This document shows, in pieces, positions 18,432 to 27,983 of a stretch of 64,000 bases of DNA (position 1 is its first letter; each line of letters starts with the position of its first letter). The notes beneath the pieces are model-generated. The model did not search any database. It saw only the letters and a program-made list of their open reading frames with translations, and had not been told where the DNA came from. The stretch comes from Candidatus Woesearchaeota archaeon (lineage in GTDB: Archaea; Nanobdellota; Nanobdellia; Pacearchaeales; GW2011-AR1), in assembly GCA_964363345.1 (NCBI GenBank), contig CAYIHY010000001.1:7483-71482 (forward strand), read 5' to 3'. A program made the position numbers and the translations under genes.

Positions 18432-20296
18432 ATGTAATCATTAATTAAAAAAGAAGGTTTTTTTCTTGAATCATTCTCGAGAAATAATTTTTTCCATAAT
18501 TCTATATTCATCAAAAACAAAAGTTGTCTAAATGAATTATCTTTAGTTTTTCTTTGCTCTTCCATAAAATTTCCTTCTCTAATCTGTCTTATGAGTTTTT
18601 TTATCCGAGGGATATTATAATATTCTTTTTCTAATTCAGAGTTGGAGAAAATTGTTTCAGAAAAATAAAGAAGCTCTTTTTTAAAATATTCTGATAATGG
18701 CGTAACCATTGGCAATTTTTTTCTGTAAACAATCTCTTTTGGGAGTAATGGTAATGCTAATTTTTGGAGAATTATTTTTTTGTCTGCTCCATAAAATTTA
18801 TATTTTGCAGGAATTGTCATGGCAAATTCAACAACATTATGGTCTAAATAAGGAACTCTTACTTCGTGTGAATGAGCCATGCTGTTCTTATCTAGCTTAT
18901 TGCAATGAAAATAAGGAATTTCTGTTTTTAATTCGTAGAGTAGAGCTTTATTTAATTGGCTTCCGTCGTCATTTTTACAATTTTTTATTGTTTTACCAAA
19001 GGTATTCATAACATCAAGATCTTCAGGTATATTCAAAATACTTTTTTTAAAAAATTCTTCCTTGTCTTTGTCAAACACGCTGGAGGAAATATATTCTACT
19101 TTTTCTTTGAAAGGCATATTTATTTTATTTTTTAAATTTTCATAATTTTCTCTATTCAGTTCATTCTTCATTGGGGGAAGTTCAGTATACACATCATATC
19201 GGTTATACCCCCCAAATAATTCATCAGAACCCTCCCCACAAAGACTTACTTTTACACTTTTGCTTATGCCTTTGTATAAATCATATACCGAAACCATTGC
19301 AGGTCTGGAAAATGGAAATTCCATATGCCATAATGTTTTAATTAAATCCGTAACATAATCTTTTGAACTTAAATGCAACTCGGTGTGATCTGTCTGACAG
19401 TGTTCTGCAACCAACCTTGCAGCAGAATATTCATCTTCCGGAATATCAAATCCCGCAGTAAAAGTTTTTATCGATTCTTTAAATTTACTTGCTAAAGCAA
19501 CTATAACACTGGAATCAATTCCTCCAGACAAAGAAATTCCAACTGGAACGTCACTTATTAACATTCTTTTTACAGAAGAAGAAAGGAGCTCACTCAATTT
19601 TTTTATATAAAATTGTTCATTATTGCAAGTTTCATTTGATTCCAAATTCCAATATCTAAAAGAATCTATTTTATCGTCTTTTAGCACCATATAATGTGCA
19701 GGTTCCAACTGAAAGATTTTTTCTATTAATGTTTCTCCTCTAATTGGGTACTCATAGTAAACAATTTGTTTAAGGCAATTTTCATTCAAATCTCTTTTTA
19801 CTTCATCGGAGGCTAAAATAGATTTTATTTCTGATGCAAATATAAATTTAGAATCTTTGTAATAATAATAAAGAGGTTTTATCCCCATCCGATCTCTAGC
19901 TAAAAATAATATTTTTTTATTTGAATCCCAAATTGCAAATGCAAACATTCCATTAAACAAGTTCAAGCAATCAAATCCATATTCTTCATAAGCGTGGATG
20001 ATTACTTCCGTATCTGAACCTGAGTTAAACCTATGCCCCCTTTTTTCAAGTTCAGGCTTAATCTCCTGAAAATTATATATCTCTCCATTAAAAGCTATAA
20101 TAATGCTTCCGTCTTCATTAGACATAGGCTGTTTTCCCCTCTCACTCAAATCAATTATGCTTAATCTTTTATGCCCGAAAGAGACTGATTTATCCACATA
20201 ATATCCATCTTGGTCAGGGCCCCTATGAGAAATTGAACGAGCCATCTTTTTTATAAGTTCTTCATCCCCCCAGTTAAAACCACATATTCCACACAT
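18428..20296 (-). CDS. Asparagine synthetase B-type glutamine amidotransferase (a WbpS-like sugar amidotransferase is possible)
   Basis: N-terminal MCGICGF (Ntn Cys2); PP-loop SLSGGIDSS; 622 aa. Confidence 0.85.
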   Translation of the reverse strand: MCGICGFNWGDEELIKKMARSISHRGPDQDGYYVDKSVSFGHKRLSIIDLSERGKQPMSNEDGSIIIAFNGEIYNFQEIKPELEKRGHRFNSGSDTEVIIHAYEEYGFDCLNLFNGMFAFAIWDSNKKILFLARDRMGIKPLYYYYKDSKFIFASEIKSILASDEVKRDLNENCLKQIVYYEYPIRGETLIEKIFQLEPAHYMVLKDDKIDSFRYWNLESNETCNNEQFYIKKLSELLSSSVKRMLISDVPVGISLSGGIDSSVIVALASKFKESIKTFTAGFDIPEDEYSAARLVAEHCQTDHTELHLSSKDYVTDLIKTLWHMEFPFSRPAMVSVYDLYKGISKSVKVSLCGEGSDELFGGYNRYDVYTELPPMKNELNRENYENLKNKINMPFKEKVEYISSSVFDKDKEEFFKKSILNIPEDLDVMNTFGKTIKNCKNDDGSQLNKALLYELKTEIPYFHCNKLDKNSMAHSHEVRVPYLDHNVVEFAMTIPAKYKFYGADKKIILQKLALPLLPKEIVYRKKLPMVTPLSEYFKKELLYFSETIFSNSELEKEYYNIPRIKKLIRQIREGNFMEEQRKTKDNSFRQLLFLMNIELWKKLFLENDSRKKPSFLINDYI

Positions 20297-20345
20297 AATA
20301 ATCTATTATAAAAAAAGGTTTAAAGATTTTCGGTATGAATAATAT

Positions 20346-21038
20346 TTACAACTTGACAACCAACACTTGGCTTGCACATAATTCAATAAAAACTTCGGGC
20401 TTATCCCCAAAAAATTCTGCAAATGCTTTTGTAACTCCAATTGAATTTACATAGTCATGAGATATTATTATCCCTCCTTTACTCATTCGCGGATAAAAAA
20501 ATTTAAGACACTCTAATGTAGATTCATATAAATCTGCGTCAAGATGAACAAAAGAAAATTTTTTATTAACAATGGGTTCTGAAGTTGCAGGAAATATGCC
20601 CCTATAAAAATAAACATTTGGAAATTTTCCTAAATATCTTTTTACTTTATCCAATGGAGCAGAAAAATCTCCTTTTTCAAAATGTTTTTCCTCACTTGCT
20701 CCAGGCAATCCCTCAAAAGTATCAAATAAGTACAGACTTCTATTCCCCTTCATTTCACAAATTACCCTACCAGAAGCTCCTTTATAGACTCCAACTTCTG
20801 CAATATCCCCCTTTATTTTCTCTGTTCTTTTTGTGATAGAATAAATTTGATACATCTCGTCGTCGTCAAGAGTTGTTCCTATCTCCTTTTTTATTTGATT
20901 AATTAATTTGAATGCATTTATCCGATCTTCAGAACCATTATAAAAAGTCATTACCCCATTTTCTACAGAAATTCCTTTTTTTATTATCTCCCTCACAATT
21001 CTTGCAGGAATTCTCACTATTTTTGGTATCTTATTCAT
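20346..21038 (-). CDS. TylF/MycF-family SAM-dependent (sugar) O-methyltransferase
   Basis: DTFEGLPG and HLDADLYEST motifs are typical of macrocin-O-methyltransferase-family enzymes; 230 aa. Confidence 0.6.
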   Translation of the reverse strand: MNKIPKIVRIPARIVREIIKKGISVENGVMTFYNGSEDRINAFKLINQIKKEIGTTLDDDEMYQIYSITKRTEKIKGDIAEVGVYKGASGRVICEMKGNRSLYLFDTFEGLPGASEEKHFEKGDFSAPLDKVKRYLGKFPNVYFYRGIFPATSEPIVNKKFSFVHLDADLYESTLECLKFFYPRMSKGGIIISHDYVNSIGVTKAFAEFFGDKPEVFIELCASQVLVVKL

Positions 21039-21061
21039 TTTTAATAATAGAATCTGGGTTT

Positions 21062-23683
21062 TTAATATCTAATGTTTGTTGTTTTAGTTATTTTGTTAAA
21101 TACTTCTTCTCCTTTTTCTTTTCCAAGTCTATCTATTACACAATCATGATATCTAGCCATTGACAACATTTTACTCGTCTCGGAATTAAAATCAGTTTCT
21201 AAAGCCGCTCTTAACCATTTTTCATCGATAGGATTTTCTGTTAAATAATTTTTCCCTTCATTTGACAAAGCGTCCATCCACCTTTCATCAAGTTCTCCTT
21301 TTACATATAATGTTCCGAACTTGCAGATATTCCTTAATCTATTTTCTATCTCTTTAGGAAAACTAATCCCCCCAATTCCTGTATTTGTATCTCCAGAACA
21401 ACTATCATTAATTTGAAATCCTCTTTCCTTTGCTGTTTGTTCCACGTGGGTGTGGGGATAAATTTGCAAAGGGTAAAGAGAAATAATACTTCCTTTTCCA
21501 ATTCTTTTCATTCCTTCTAAGGTTTCTAGAGCATCTTCAACAGGATCAGATATCGGAAGTCCGACAATTGCCTGTAAATTAACCAGATAGCCAAATGAAA
21601 CGAGTCTATCATAAGCCTTTTTTATTTGTTCTTCATTATCCCATTGCCGATTAAATAATTTTAATGATTCTGAACGTATTGCCTGAACTCCAAGCCCGAC
21701 GCAATTAACTATATTTCTTAATTTTTTTAATATTTCATCTGAAGCTTTCAAAACGCTAACCGAAGTTGTTGAAACATACATGGGGATATTTATTTCTTTT
21801 TTCCAAACATCAACAAATTCAGAGAGCCATTCTTCTGCATTTTTACCGGCAAACAAATCATCGTCTACCCATTCAATATCATCAGTGGGATATTTTTTTA
21901 TTATCTTTGCTTCTTCTATAACTGTTTTAATATCCCTTCTTCCCAAAAAATAATTTGCCTGGGCATCATTTCCAAACAATTCTCTTCGATGCAAACTTGA
22001 AGAACTGCAGTAAGTACAAGCATAAGGACATCCAAGCATAGAGAGTATAACTTTCCTGTAACGCTGTCCCATTCTAGGAATATCTTCATAACATTTTTCT
22101 CTTGCGGGCATTGGTAAATCATTTGGATTTCCAGGGATTGTTGTGATTATCCCCCTTTCTCCGTTAAGAAATCTTTCAACTGAGCCATTAACAGGTCCGC
22201 GAACAACAACATCAACATTATTTAACTTTGAGATATCTGGAGAAGCAGTTGCATGGTGTCCCCCGAAAATAGAAATTATTCTAGGATTTTTCTCTTTAAT
22301 TTGATTTAAAATTCCGTACGCCTGCGGGAAAAAAGTAGTCATAGGAGAAAATAAAACATAATCCGGATTCCAATTTAAAATTTTTTCAGCAACTTTTTCA
22401 TCTCCTTCTGCATCAAAGAATTTTATTTCCTGATTAAATTTTTGTAACTCTCCCCCAACATAATATAAACCATATGACTCTTCATTACCAAAACATACCA
22501 ATGCGTGCTTCATTTTACTGCTTACTTTAGACAAAGTTTTTTGTTCATAAAATTCTTTTATTTTAGCGCAGACGTACTTAACATCTTTTTTGCTTACTGC
22601 AGGATTAATTGGCAAATAAAGATATCTCTCGTGGAGATAATCCATATTTGGACAAGGGCTCTTAAATTTTTTAAATATCTCAAATAAATCATTACGTAAG
22701 TGAATCATATTAACATCAACACCATTATTCAGAAGAAATTCTGCCAATTCATCTCTATATTCAGACAAAATTCCAAATAACCAATAAGAACCTCCAGCGA
22801 TAGGAATTACTTCTCTCGGTAATTCTTTTAGATAATCTAATGCTAAAGATTTCCTATACTCCATAATTAAATCTAAATAAGGAAGTGATGCTAATCCAAA
22901 ACAAGCATCAATGTCTGTCGGCTGATATTTATACCCCGCCTCTTCAATATCAAAAGTCATTTCTCTCCGTTCCCATGCCTGATAATTTTTTTTAGCTTTT
23001 AATTCTCTATCAATACCAAACCATCGCAATAATTTAGCCCTATCATAATCTTTTTTATTTTTTAAAACAAGTATTCCCCCATCGGCAGTAGTAATATGCT
23101 TAATTGCTTGAAGAGAATAACAAATGTAATTCCCCTCTAAATTTTTAGGTACATGGTGTTGTGATGCATCTACTATCACAGGGAGATTTTTTTCTTTAGC
23201 TAATTCAAATATTTTAGGATTTACTTCTATTCCTCCGAGATGAACTGCAACAATCGCCTTTGTCTTTTCAGTTATTTTTTTCCTTGCATCAATTGGGTCT
23301 ATATTTAACGTATCTTTTTCAATGTCTGCAAAAACAATTTGTGCTCCGCGTCTCACAAGCCCCATTTGTCCTGCAGTACAGTCCAAAATAGGCACTATAA
23401 CTTCGTCATCTTTTTTAATGTCTAATAAATGATAAGCAATTTCAAGTGCAGCAGTTCCAGAATTCATAAATAAAACATATTCATATCCAAATTTTTTAGC
23501 GAATTCTTTTTCAAATTTTTCTACTTTCGGACCCTGCCCCAACCATCTTCCCTCTAATGTTTCTTCTATTTCCTTTAATATCTCCTGTTTTGGAATAAAC
23601 GGCCAGAAAAGAGGAATCTTTGATTTTTTTGTATCCTGAAAAATTTCTTTCAGAGTTTTATCTTCGTCAATCTCTTTTATCAT
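21062..23683 (-). CDS. Tri-domain fusion: DegT-like PLP aminotransferase (N-term) + B12-binding domain + radical SAM domain (C-term)
   Basis: N-term LFMNSGTAALEIAYHLLDIKKDDEVIVPILD (DegT fold); middle ALVCFGNEESYGLYYVGG (Rossmann/B12-type); CxxxCxxC at MLGCPYACTYCSSS; 873 aa. Confidence 0.7.
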   Translation of the reverse strand: MIKEIDEDKTLKEIFQDTKKSKIPLFWPFIPKQEILKEIEETLEGRWLGQGPKVEKFEKEFAKKFGYEYVLFMNSGTAALEIAYHLLDIKKDDEVIVPILDCTAGQMGLVRRGAQIVFADIEKDTLNIDPIDARKKITEKTKAIVAVHLGGIEVNPKIFELAKEKNLPVIVDASQHHVPKNLEGNYICYSLQAIKHITTADGGILVLKNKKDYDRAKLLRWFGIDRELKAKKNYQAWERREMTFDIEEAGYKYQPTDIDACFGLASLPYLDLIMEYRKSLALDYLKELPREVIPIAGGSYWLFGILSEYRDELAEFLLNNGVDVNMIHLRNDLFEIFKKFKSPCPNMDYLHERYLYLPINPAVSKKDVKYVCAKIKEFYEQKTLSKVSSKMKHALVCFGNEESYGLYYVGGELQKFNQEIKFFDAEGDEKVAEKILNWNPDYVLFSPMTTFFPQAYGILNQIKEKNPRIISIFGGHHATASPDISKLNNVDVVVRGPVNGSVERFLNGERGIITTIPGNPNDLPMPAREKCYEDIPRMGQRYRKVILSMLGCPYACTYCSSSSLHRRELFGNDAQANYFLGRRDIKTVIEEAKIIKKYPTDDIEWVDDDLFAGKNAEEWLSEFVDVWKKEINIPMYVSTTSVSVLKASDEILKKLRNIVNCVGLGVQAIRSESLKLFNRQWDNEEQIKKAYDRLVSFGYLVNLQAIVGLPISDPVEDALETLEGMKRIGKGSIISLYPLQIYPHTHVEQTAKERGFQINDSCSGDTNTGIGGISFPKEIENRLRNICKFGTLYVKGELDERWMDALSNEGKNYLTENPIDEKWLRAALETDFNSETSKMLSMARYHDCVIDRLGKEKGEEVFNKITKTTNIRY

Positions 23684-23884
23684 ATTTTAATTTTAATTTT
23701 ATTATTTAAAAATATTAATGTCTTTTATAATATATTGAATTATGGCTATTTTTTCTTTTTAACTCTTATTGATTATTCATCTATATCTTTTCTTCTTATA
23801 AAAAAAGAATAAATCTTGAGAGATCGAGCAATCTTTATGAAGGGAAATCAGCATATTTAAAAGCGATTAAAATTCTTTATTAAC

Positions 23885-24361
23885 ATGCCAAAAAATCTGG
23901 AAGAAAAGATATCAGAGAAAAAATTAAAAAAATTTTCATTGAGAAAATTTGGTACTGATACTTTTGCAATGGTAAGTTTTTCTTTTGTGGTGGAAGGGAC
24001 AAGAGAATTAATAGTGGGGATGTCTCCAGAACAAACATTATATTCTCGACTTGCAGGAGTCCCAATTGATTTGGTTATTGGAAGACCTTATGGAAAATAT
24101 CTAGATTATCTGCAATCCAAATTTAAGATAACTGAAAAAAGTCCCTTCATAAAAAAAACTGCAGTTGATATCGGTGCATTTGTAAGCGCAATGATGCCGA
24201 TTTATGCAGGAATACTTTATTCAATTGGAGTGGATAAAGAAACAATTGCGGTCTCATGTGCTTCAGCAGCATTATTACAAACAGCTTATGGAAGGCCTTA
24301 TGGATTATATGTTGATTTTTTAAGGAAAAAATTTGGAAAGAAAAATATACCGATTATATAA
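23885..24361 (+). CDS. AlaE-like small membrane exporter (L-alanine exporter family)
   Basis: DTFAMVSFSFVVEGTRELIVGMSPEQTLYSRLAGVPIDLVIGRPYGKYLDYL parallels E. coli AlaE (DTFAMV..GMS.EQS.YSRL..P....I.WPYG.YRD). Confidence 0.5.
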   Translation: MPKNLEEKISEKKLKKFSLRKFGTDTFAMVSFSFVVEGTRELIVGMSPEQTLYSRLAGVPIDLVIGRPYGKYLDYLQSKFKITEKSPFIKKTAVDIGAFVSAMMPIYAGILYSIGVDKETIAVSCASAALLQTAYGRPYGLYVDFLRKKFGKKNIPII

Positions 24362-24459
24362 TTAATTCTCTAGGTATTAATTCAAGTCATCAAGATGAAT
24401 TATTCCTTGAGGAACTTCTATTATTGAATAATCTTTCCTACATATTTGTAATATTAAGA

Positions 24460-25098
24460 TTATTCTTCTCTAAAAGTTTTCTCATAAAGGATTTTTCTGC
24501 ATGTACAATAATTTCCAAGCTGACAAATAGCAATTCTTGAAGCAGTTAATCTCTTCGGAGTACCCCATTGTTTTTTAAGAACCCCATCTCCAATTGTTAT
24601 ATGTGGATTAAATTTTTCATAACTTGACTTTTTTAAAAAATTTTGAATATATTGAAACATCCAAGGGGTATCCTTAGCATCTATTTCAATGGAAGCGTAC
24701 ATCATCCTCTCATTAATTTCTCCCTCTAATAAAAATTCTTTTAAATTTTCTACTACAGACTTATGAATTTTAAATAATAGAGAATTTTTTTTAAGAGAAA
24801 TTCCACTTATGTAAACTTCTTTATCTTTAGTTGGAAGAGTTTCTAGCTCGATATTATTAATGTTTAATTTTGGGGGATTAAATTTAGAAGCAAGATAATC
24901 TAACTTTTTAGCTATCCCTTCTAATTGACTTTCGTCAATCACTCCCATTAACAATGAAATATGTGGAAAGCAATTTTCTTCATTTAAATAAATTTTTGCG
25001 GGAGAATAATCTCTTTTTAATGAATGATTAATTTTAATTAATTTCTTTTCCAAATTTGCAGGAAATAACAAAGCAACATCTACTACTATTTTAGTCAT
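24460..25098 (-). CDS. 2H phosphoesterase superfamily protein (LigT/cyclic phosphodiesterase-like)
   Basis: Two H-x-[ST]-x motifs (FPHISLLMG and NPHITIGDG) separated by ~110 aa. Confidence 0.45.
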   Translation of the reverse strand: MTKIVVDVALLFPANLEKKLIKINHSLKRDYSPAKIYLNEENCFPHISLLMGVIDESQLEGIAKKLDYLASKFNPPKLNINNIELETLPTKDKEVYISGISLKKNSLLFKIHKSVVENLKEFLLEGEINERMMYASIEIDAKDTPWMFQYIQNFLKKSSYEKFNPHITIGDGVLKKQWGTPKRLTASRIAICQLGNYCTCRKILYEKTFREE

Positions 25099-25232
25099 AT
25101 CAAAATTTACTTTATGCTATTTAAATAACCAATCATTTCCTTTGCTAATTCGGGAGAAGTCAGTTTAGTGCGGATTTGAAATAATTACCTAATTAAATTT
25201 ATCGAAGAATTTTTATTTTATTGGCGAGAGAA

Positions 25233-25670
25233 CTAATCGACATATTGAACATTAAGTTTTGTAAATCTTCGATGAGGGTTTATCCCAATCTTTTCAAGTT
25301 TGCCTGTTATTACATCTTCATCATTCTCTGGTCCCTGTAAATAAGCAGTATAAAAAGGAGTAATTTCTCTTGCCTTTGCATTTCCAAAATCTCCTTGAAT
25401 TCCGCTAAATATAACATTATTAACTCTAATTCCATACCCTTTTAGTAAAGAGATTATTCCTCCTCTCTTATATTCTGCCTCGCTTGGACAACGTATGAAA
25501 AATCCAGGTCTTAATAGGGTTAATGCATTTTTTTCAAAAAAATCTCTTAATTCAGATAAATTTATTCCCCATAAATCTTCCCCTCTTAAATCTGGGTGTT
25601 CTTCTAAAAGGTGAACTACTTCTCTTTTCTTTAACTTTGTTCCTTTAATTCCACGACATACTGATTCCAT
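25233..25670 (-). CDS. Hypothetical protein
   Basis: 145-aa ORF with good coding periodicity; no convincing motif. Confidence 0.3.
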   Translation of the reverse strand: MESVCRGIKGTKLKKREVVHLLEEHPDLRGEDLWGINLSELRDFFEKNALTLLRPGFFIRCPSEAEYKRGGIISLLKGYGIRVNNVIFSGIQGDFGNAKAREITPFYTAYLQGPENDEDVITGKLEKIGINPHRRFTKLNVQYVD

Positions 25671-25805
25671 CTAATTGGATGAGTATAGAGATTTATAAAT
25701 GTTTCTTTTTTACTACTCGAAAATTACAATCTGTTATCAGAAATTTTACTAGTCCTCTTTCCATCATGAATTATCTATTAAAAAAAATTTGTCTATTTTA
25801 GCTAC

Positions 25806-25830
25806 TGTTAAGTAAACCTGTAACTTAACA
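25806..25830. promoter_or_regulatory. Operator-like palindrome TGTTAAGT-N9-ACTTAACA
   Basis: Perfect 8-bp inverted repeat read directly from the sequence, inside a 330-bp intergenic region upstream of 26003..26887. Confidence 0.4.
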
Positions 25831-25840
25831 TGAATTTACA

Positions 25841-25867
25841 TTTGGAAAACAGGTATAGGTTTCCAAA
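25841..25867. promoter_or_regulatory. Inverted repeat TTTGGAAA-N11-TTTCCAAA
   Basis: Perfect 8-bp inverted repeat immediately downstream of the first palindrome. Together with ACCTGT/ACAGGT it could form a nested hairpin. Confidence 0.3.
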
Positions 25868-25935
25868 TCTGAGTATTTTAAGGGCTAAAGGCAGTAATTG
25901 TCCAAAAATCGTCAAGGTAAAAAAAAGTGTTAAGA

Positions 25936-25961
25936 TGTTAAGTTTGATTATGCACTTAACA
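25936..25961. promoter_or_regulatory. Second copy of the operator-like palindrome TGTTAAGT-N10-ACTTAACA (plus an extra half-site TGTTAAG at 25928..25934)
   Basis: Same 8-bp arms as the 25806 site; located ~10 bp upstream of the TTTTTAAAAA box of gene 26003. Confidence 0.4.
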
Positions 25962-25970
25962 GCTACGTAA

Positions 25971-25980
25971 TTTTTAAAAA
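25971..25980 (+). promoter_or_regulatory. Archaeal TATA-box-like element (TTTTTAAAAA) ~23-32 bp upstream of the ATG at 26003
   Basis: A/T box at the position expected for a leaderless archaeal promoter. Confidence 0.3.
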
Positions 25981-26002
25981 GGATTGTTTAATTTTTAATA
26001 AA

Positions 26003-26887
26003 ATGAATCTTACCCAAATTACAAGTATCGGAATTGAAGCATTAAGAAATGCTTATTCTATACAGAAAAAACTTTCCGAGGAAGGAATAATAAATGAGTT
26101 TTCTTACAAAGGAAATGGAACAGATAAGGCCTTGAAAGGAGATTGGGAATCAGAAGAGGTTGTGATTGAAACTTTCAAGCAAACAAAATTTCCAGTAAGA
26201 ATAATCTCAGAAGAACACGGACAAATTGACATAGTAAGAAACCCATTGTATCTTGCAGTTTTAGACGGGTTTGACGGAAGCAGTGGTTTGAAAATGAATC
26301 TAAGAGCAAGAGGAGGAACAATGTTGTCTATAGCAACAAATCTCAATCCAAATTATTCCGACTTTATATTAGGAGGATTAACTGAATTTTGCCAAGATAA
26401 AATTTTATATGCAATAAAAAATCAAGGAGCATTTTTAATTGATACTAAAAATGAATCAACCGAAGAAGTTGAAATTAAAAAAAGAGAATCTTTTAGAAAT
26501 AAAAGTCCAATCCATTTAGATGACCCTTCTCTTTATGAATATGCAAAAGGAATAACTTCTGGATTAGATGAAATTGGAAAATGCGTTAATGACACATTTA
26601 CAAAACCTCTCCAAAGAAGAAATTTTACAAATTTATATGCATTAAATTCAAGTTCTGCAATGTGCTTTGATTTAATTATTGGAAATGTTGATGCTGTTTG
26701 CGGAGTAATTGCTAAAGGAGTTTTTGAACCTCCTGCTGAATATGTTTTGTTAAGAGAAATTGATGGAAGTGCTTACGGAAAAGTTAATGGAAAATGGGAA
26801 GAAATTGGAAATAAAAAATGGAGTGGGTATGGGCGTCCTTTAGCTCCATTAATTCGTGTTGCTAATCTGAAATTGGAAATGAATTAA
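26003..26887 (+). CDS. Inositol-monophosphatase / FBPase-superfamily phosphatase-like protein
   Basis: ISEEHG (metal-binding EE), LDGFDGSSG (compare DPIDGT) and a C-terminal DLIIGNVDAVCG segment (compare WDxAAG). Confidence 0.4.
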   Translation: MNLTQITSIGIEALRNAYSIQKKLSEEGIINEFSYKGNGTDKALKGDWESEEVVIETFKQTKFPVRIISEEHGQIDIVRNPLYLAVLDGFDGSSGLKMNLRARGGTMLSIATNLNPNYSDFILGGLTEFCQDKILYAIKNQGAFLIDTKNESTEEVEIKKRESFRNKSPIHLDDPSLYEYAKGITSGLDEIGKCVNDTFTKPLQRRNFTNLYALNSSSAMCFDLIIGNVDAVCGVIAKGVFEPPAEYVLLREIDGSAYGKVNGKWEEIGNKKWSGYGRPLAPLIRVANLKLEMN

Positions 26888-26952
26888 TTAGTATATTTCA
26901 GATACATAAAGTTTAAAATACATTATAAGGAACTATTACCTTAATAACTAAA

Positions 26953-27942
26953 ATGAAAGTTGAAATTTATGATTTGTTAGGCAGAGAATTAACAATTAAT
27001 CCTACTAAAAGACCATTTAGATTTAATGGAGAAGTAGAAGGATTTGCTAGAACAAATTGGCTAGAGAAAAGAGCAAAATGGAATGACGCTATTGTTCCTG
27101 CTGGGAAATCAATTGTTTATACTCGCGATGGTGGAGTCACAATTTCAGCAGATGTTTCTAATTATAGTCAACATCTTGGAGCTATAGAATCAATAAGAGA
27201 AGGGAAAGACTTTGCTCCAAAAAGAGGGGTAAATGGTTTAGGAGTAACTTGTTATGTTGTTTCAAGTGATGATAAAATTATTCTTAAGAGGAGACCAAGA
27301 AATAATCCACATGCCCCAAGTTTTTACGACAGCATAGGTGGGGGTTGGATGACCTCTGCAAATATTGTTGGTTTGAATAAACTTTGCACTGATATGACAT
27401 TAGGGATGGCAGAAGCTCTTTATGAACCCCTTTGGCAGGCAGAAAGTGAGTATGAAGAAGAATCCCATTTGAAGCCAGTTTCATTTGAGTTAGATAATAA
27501 ACCTAGTTTTATTTGTAGGGGATTAAACGATGGATTAAACTTAGGCATTAGTTATATTGGAAAAGCTACTGTAAAAGCAGATGATATTATTGATGCAATT
27601 CAGGGATACGATAGAAAAGGTGAAGTCATAGAGCATGAAAGGGCTTTTGTTGCAGTGGATATAAGCAACTTGGCAAAATTATTGGAGACACAAGCAGAAT
27701 TGCAAAAAATTCCAAGGGAAGAACTAAGAGATTATGTTGTTAATCCTGACGGCACAGATGCTCCAATGGTGGATGAATATTTTGGAGGATTTTGGGCAGC
27801 ATATAAAAAATTAACAGGACGTCCCCTTCCACAATCTTTATCTCTCGACAGCCTTGCTAAACAGGGAATTGAAATAGATTTATTCCCCAGAGACGGAGAA
27901 AATCTAAAAGATGTAGAATACTCTTTTTTTGTAAATGAATAG
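26953..27942 (+). CDS. Hypothetical protein
   Basis: 329-aa ORF, no recognised motif. Confidence 0.3.
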   Translation: MKVEIYDLLGRELTINPTKRPFRFNGEVEGFARTNWLEKRAKWNDAIVPAGKSIVYTRDGGVTISADVSNYSQHLGAIESIREGKDFAPKRGVNGLGVTCYVVSSDDKIILKRRPRNNPHAPSFYDSIGGGWMTSANIVGLNKLCTDMTLGMAEALYEPLWQAESEYEEESHLKPVSFELDNKPSFICRGLNDGLNLGISYIGKATVKADDIIDAIQGYDRKGEVIEHERAFVAVDISNLAKLLETQAELQKIPREELRDYVVNPDGTDAPMVDEYFGGFWAAYKKLTGRPLPQSLSLDSLAKQGIEIDLFPRDGENLKDVEYSFFVNE

Positions 27943-27983
27943 TTATCAGTTTCAAACTTCCTTTTAATTTTTTATAATTAATT

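Noticed and set aside
25233-25670. Possible nucleoside-diphosphate-kinase-like protein.
   Set aside because: Only vague resemblance to NDK blocks; no NxxHGSD-type catalytic His motif. Left as hypothetical.
25680-26002. A tRNA or other structured RNA gene in the large intergenic region.
   Set aside because: No cloverleaf-compatible arrangement of GC-rich stems and no T-loop GTTCRANYC-like box. The inverted repeats are better explained as protein-binding palindromes. A small RNA cannot be fully excluded.
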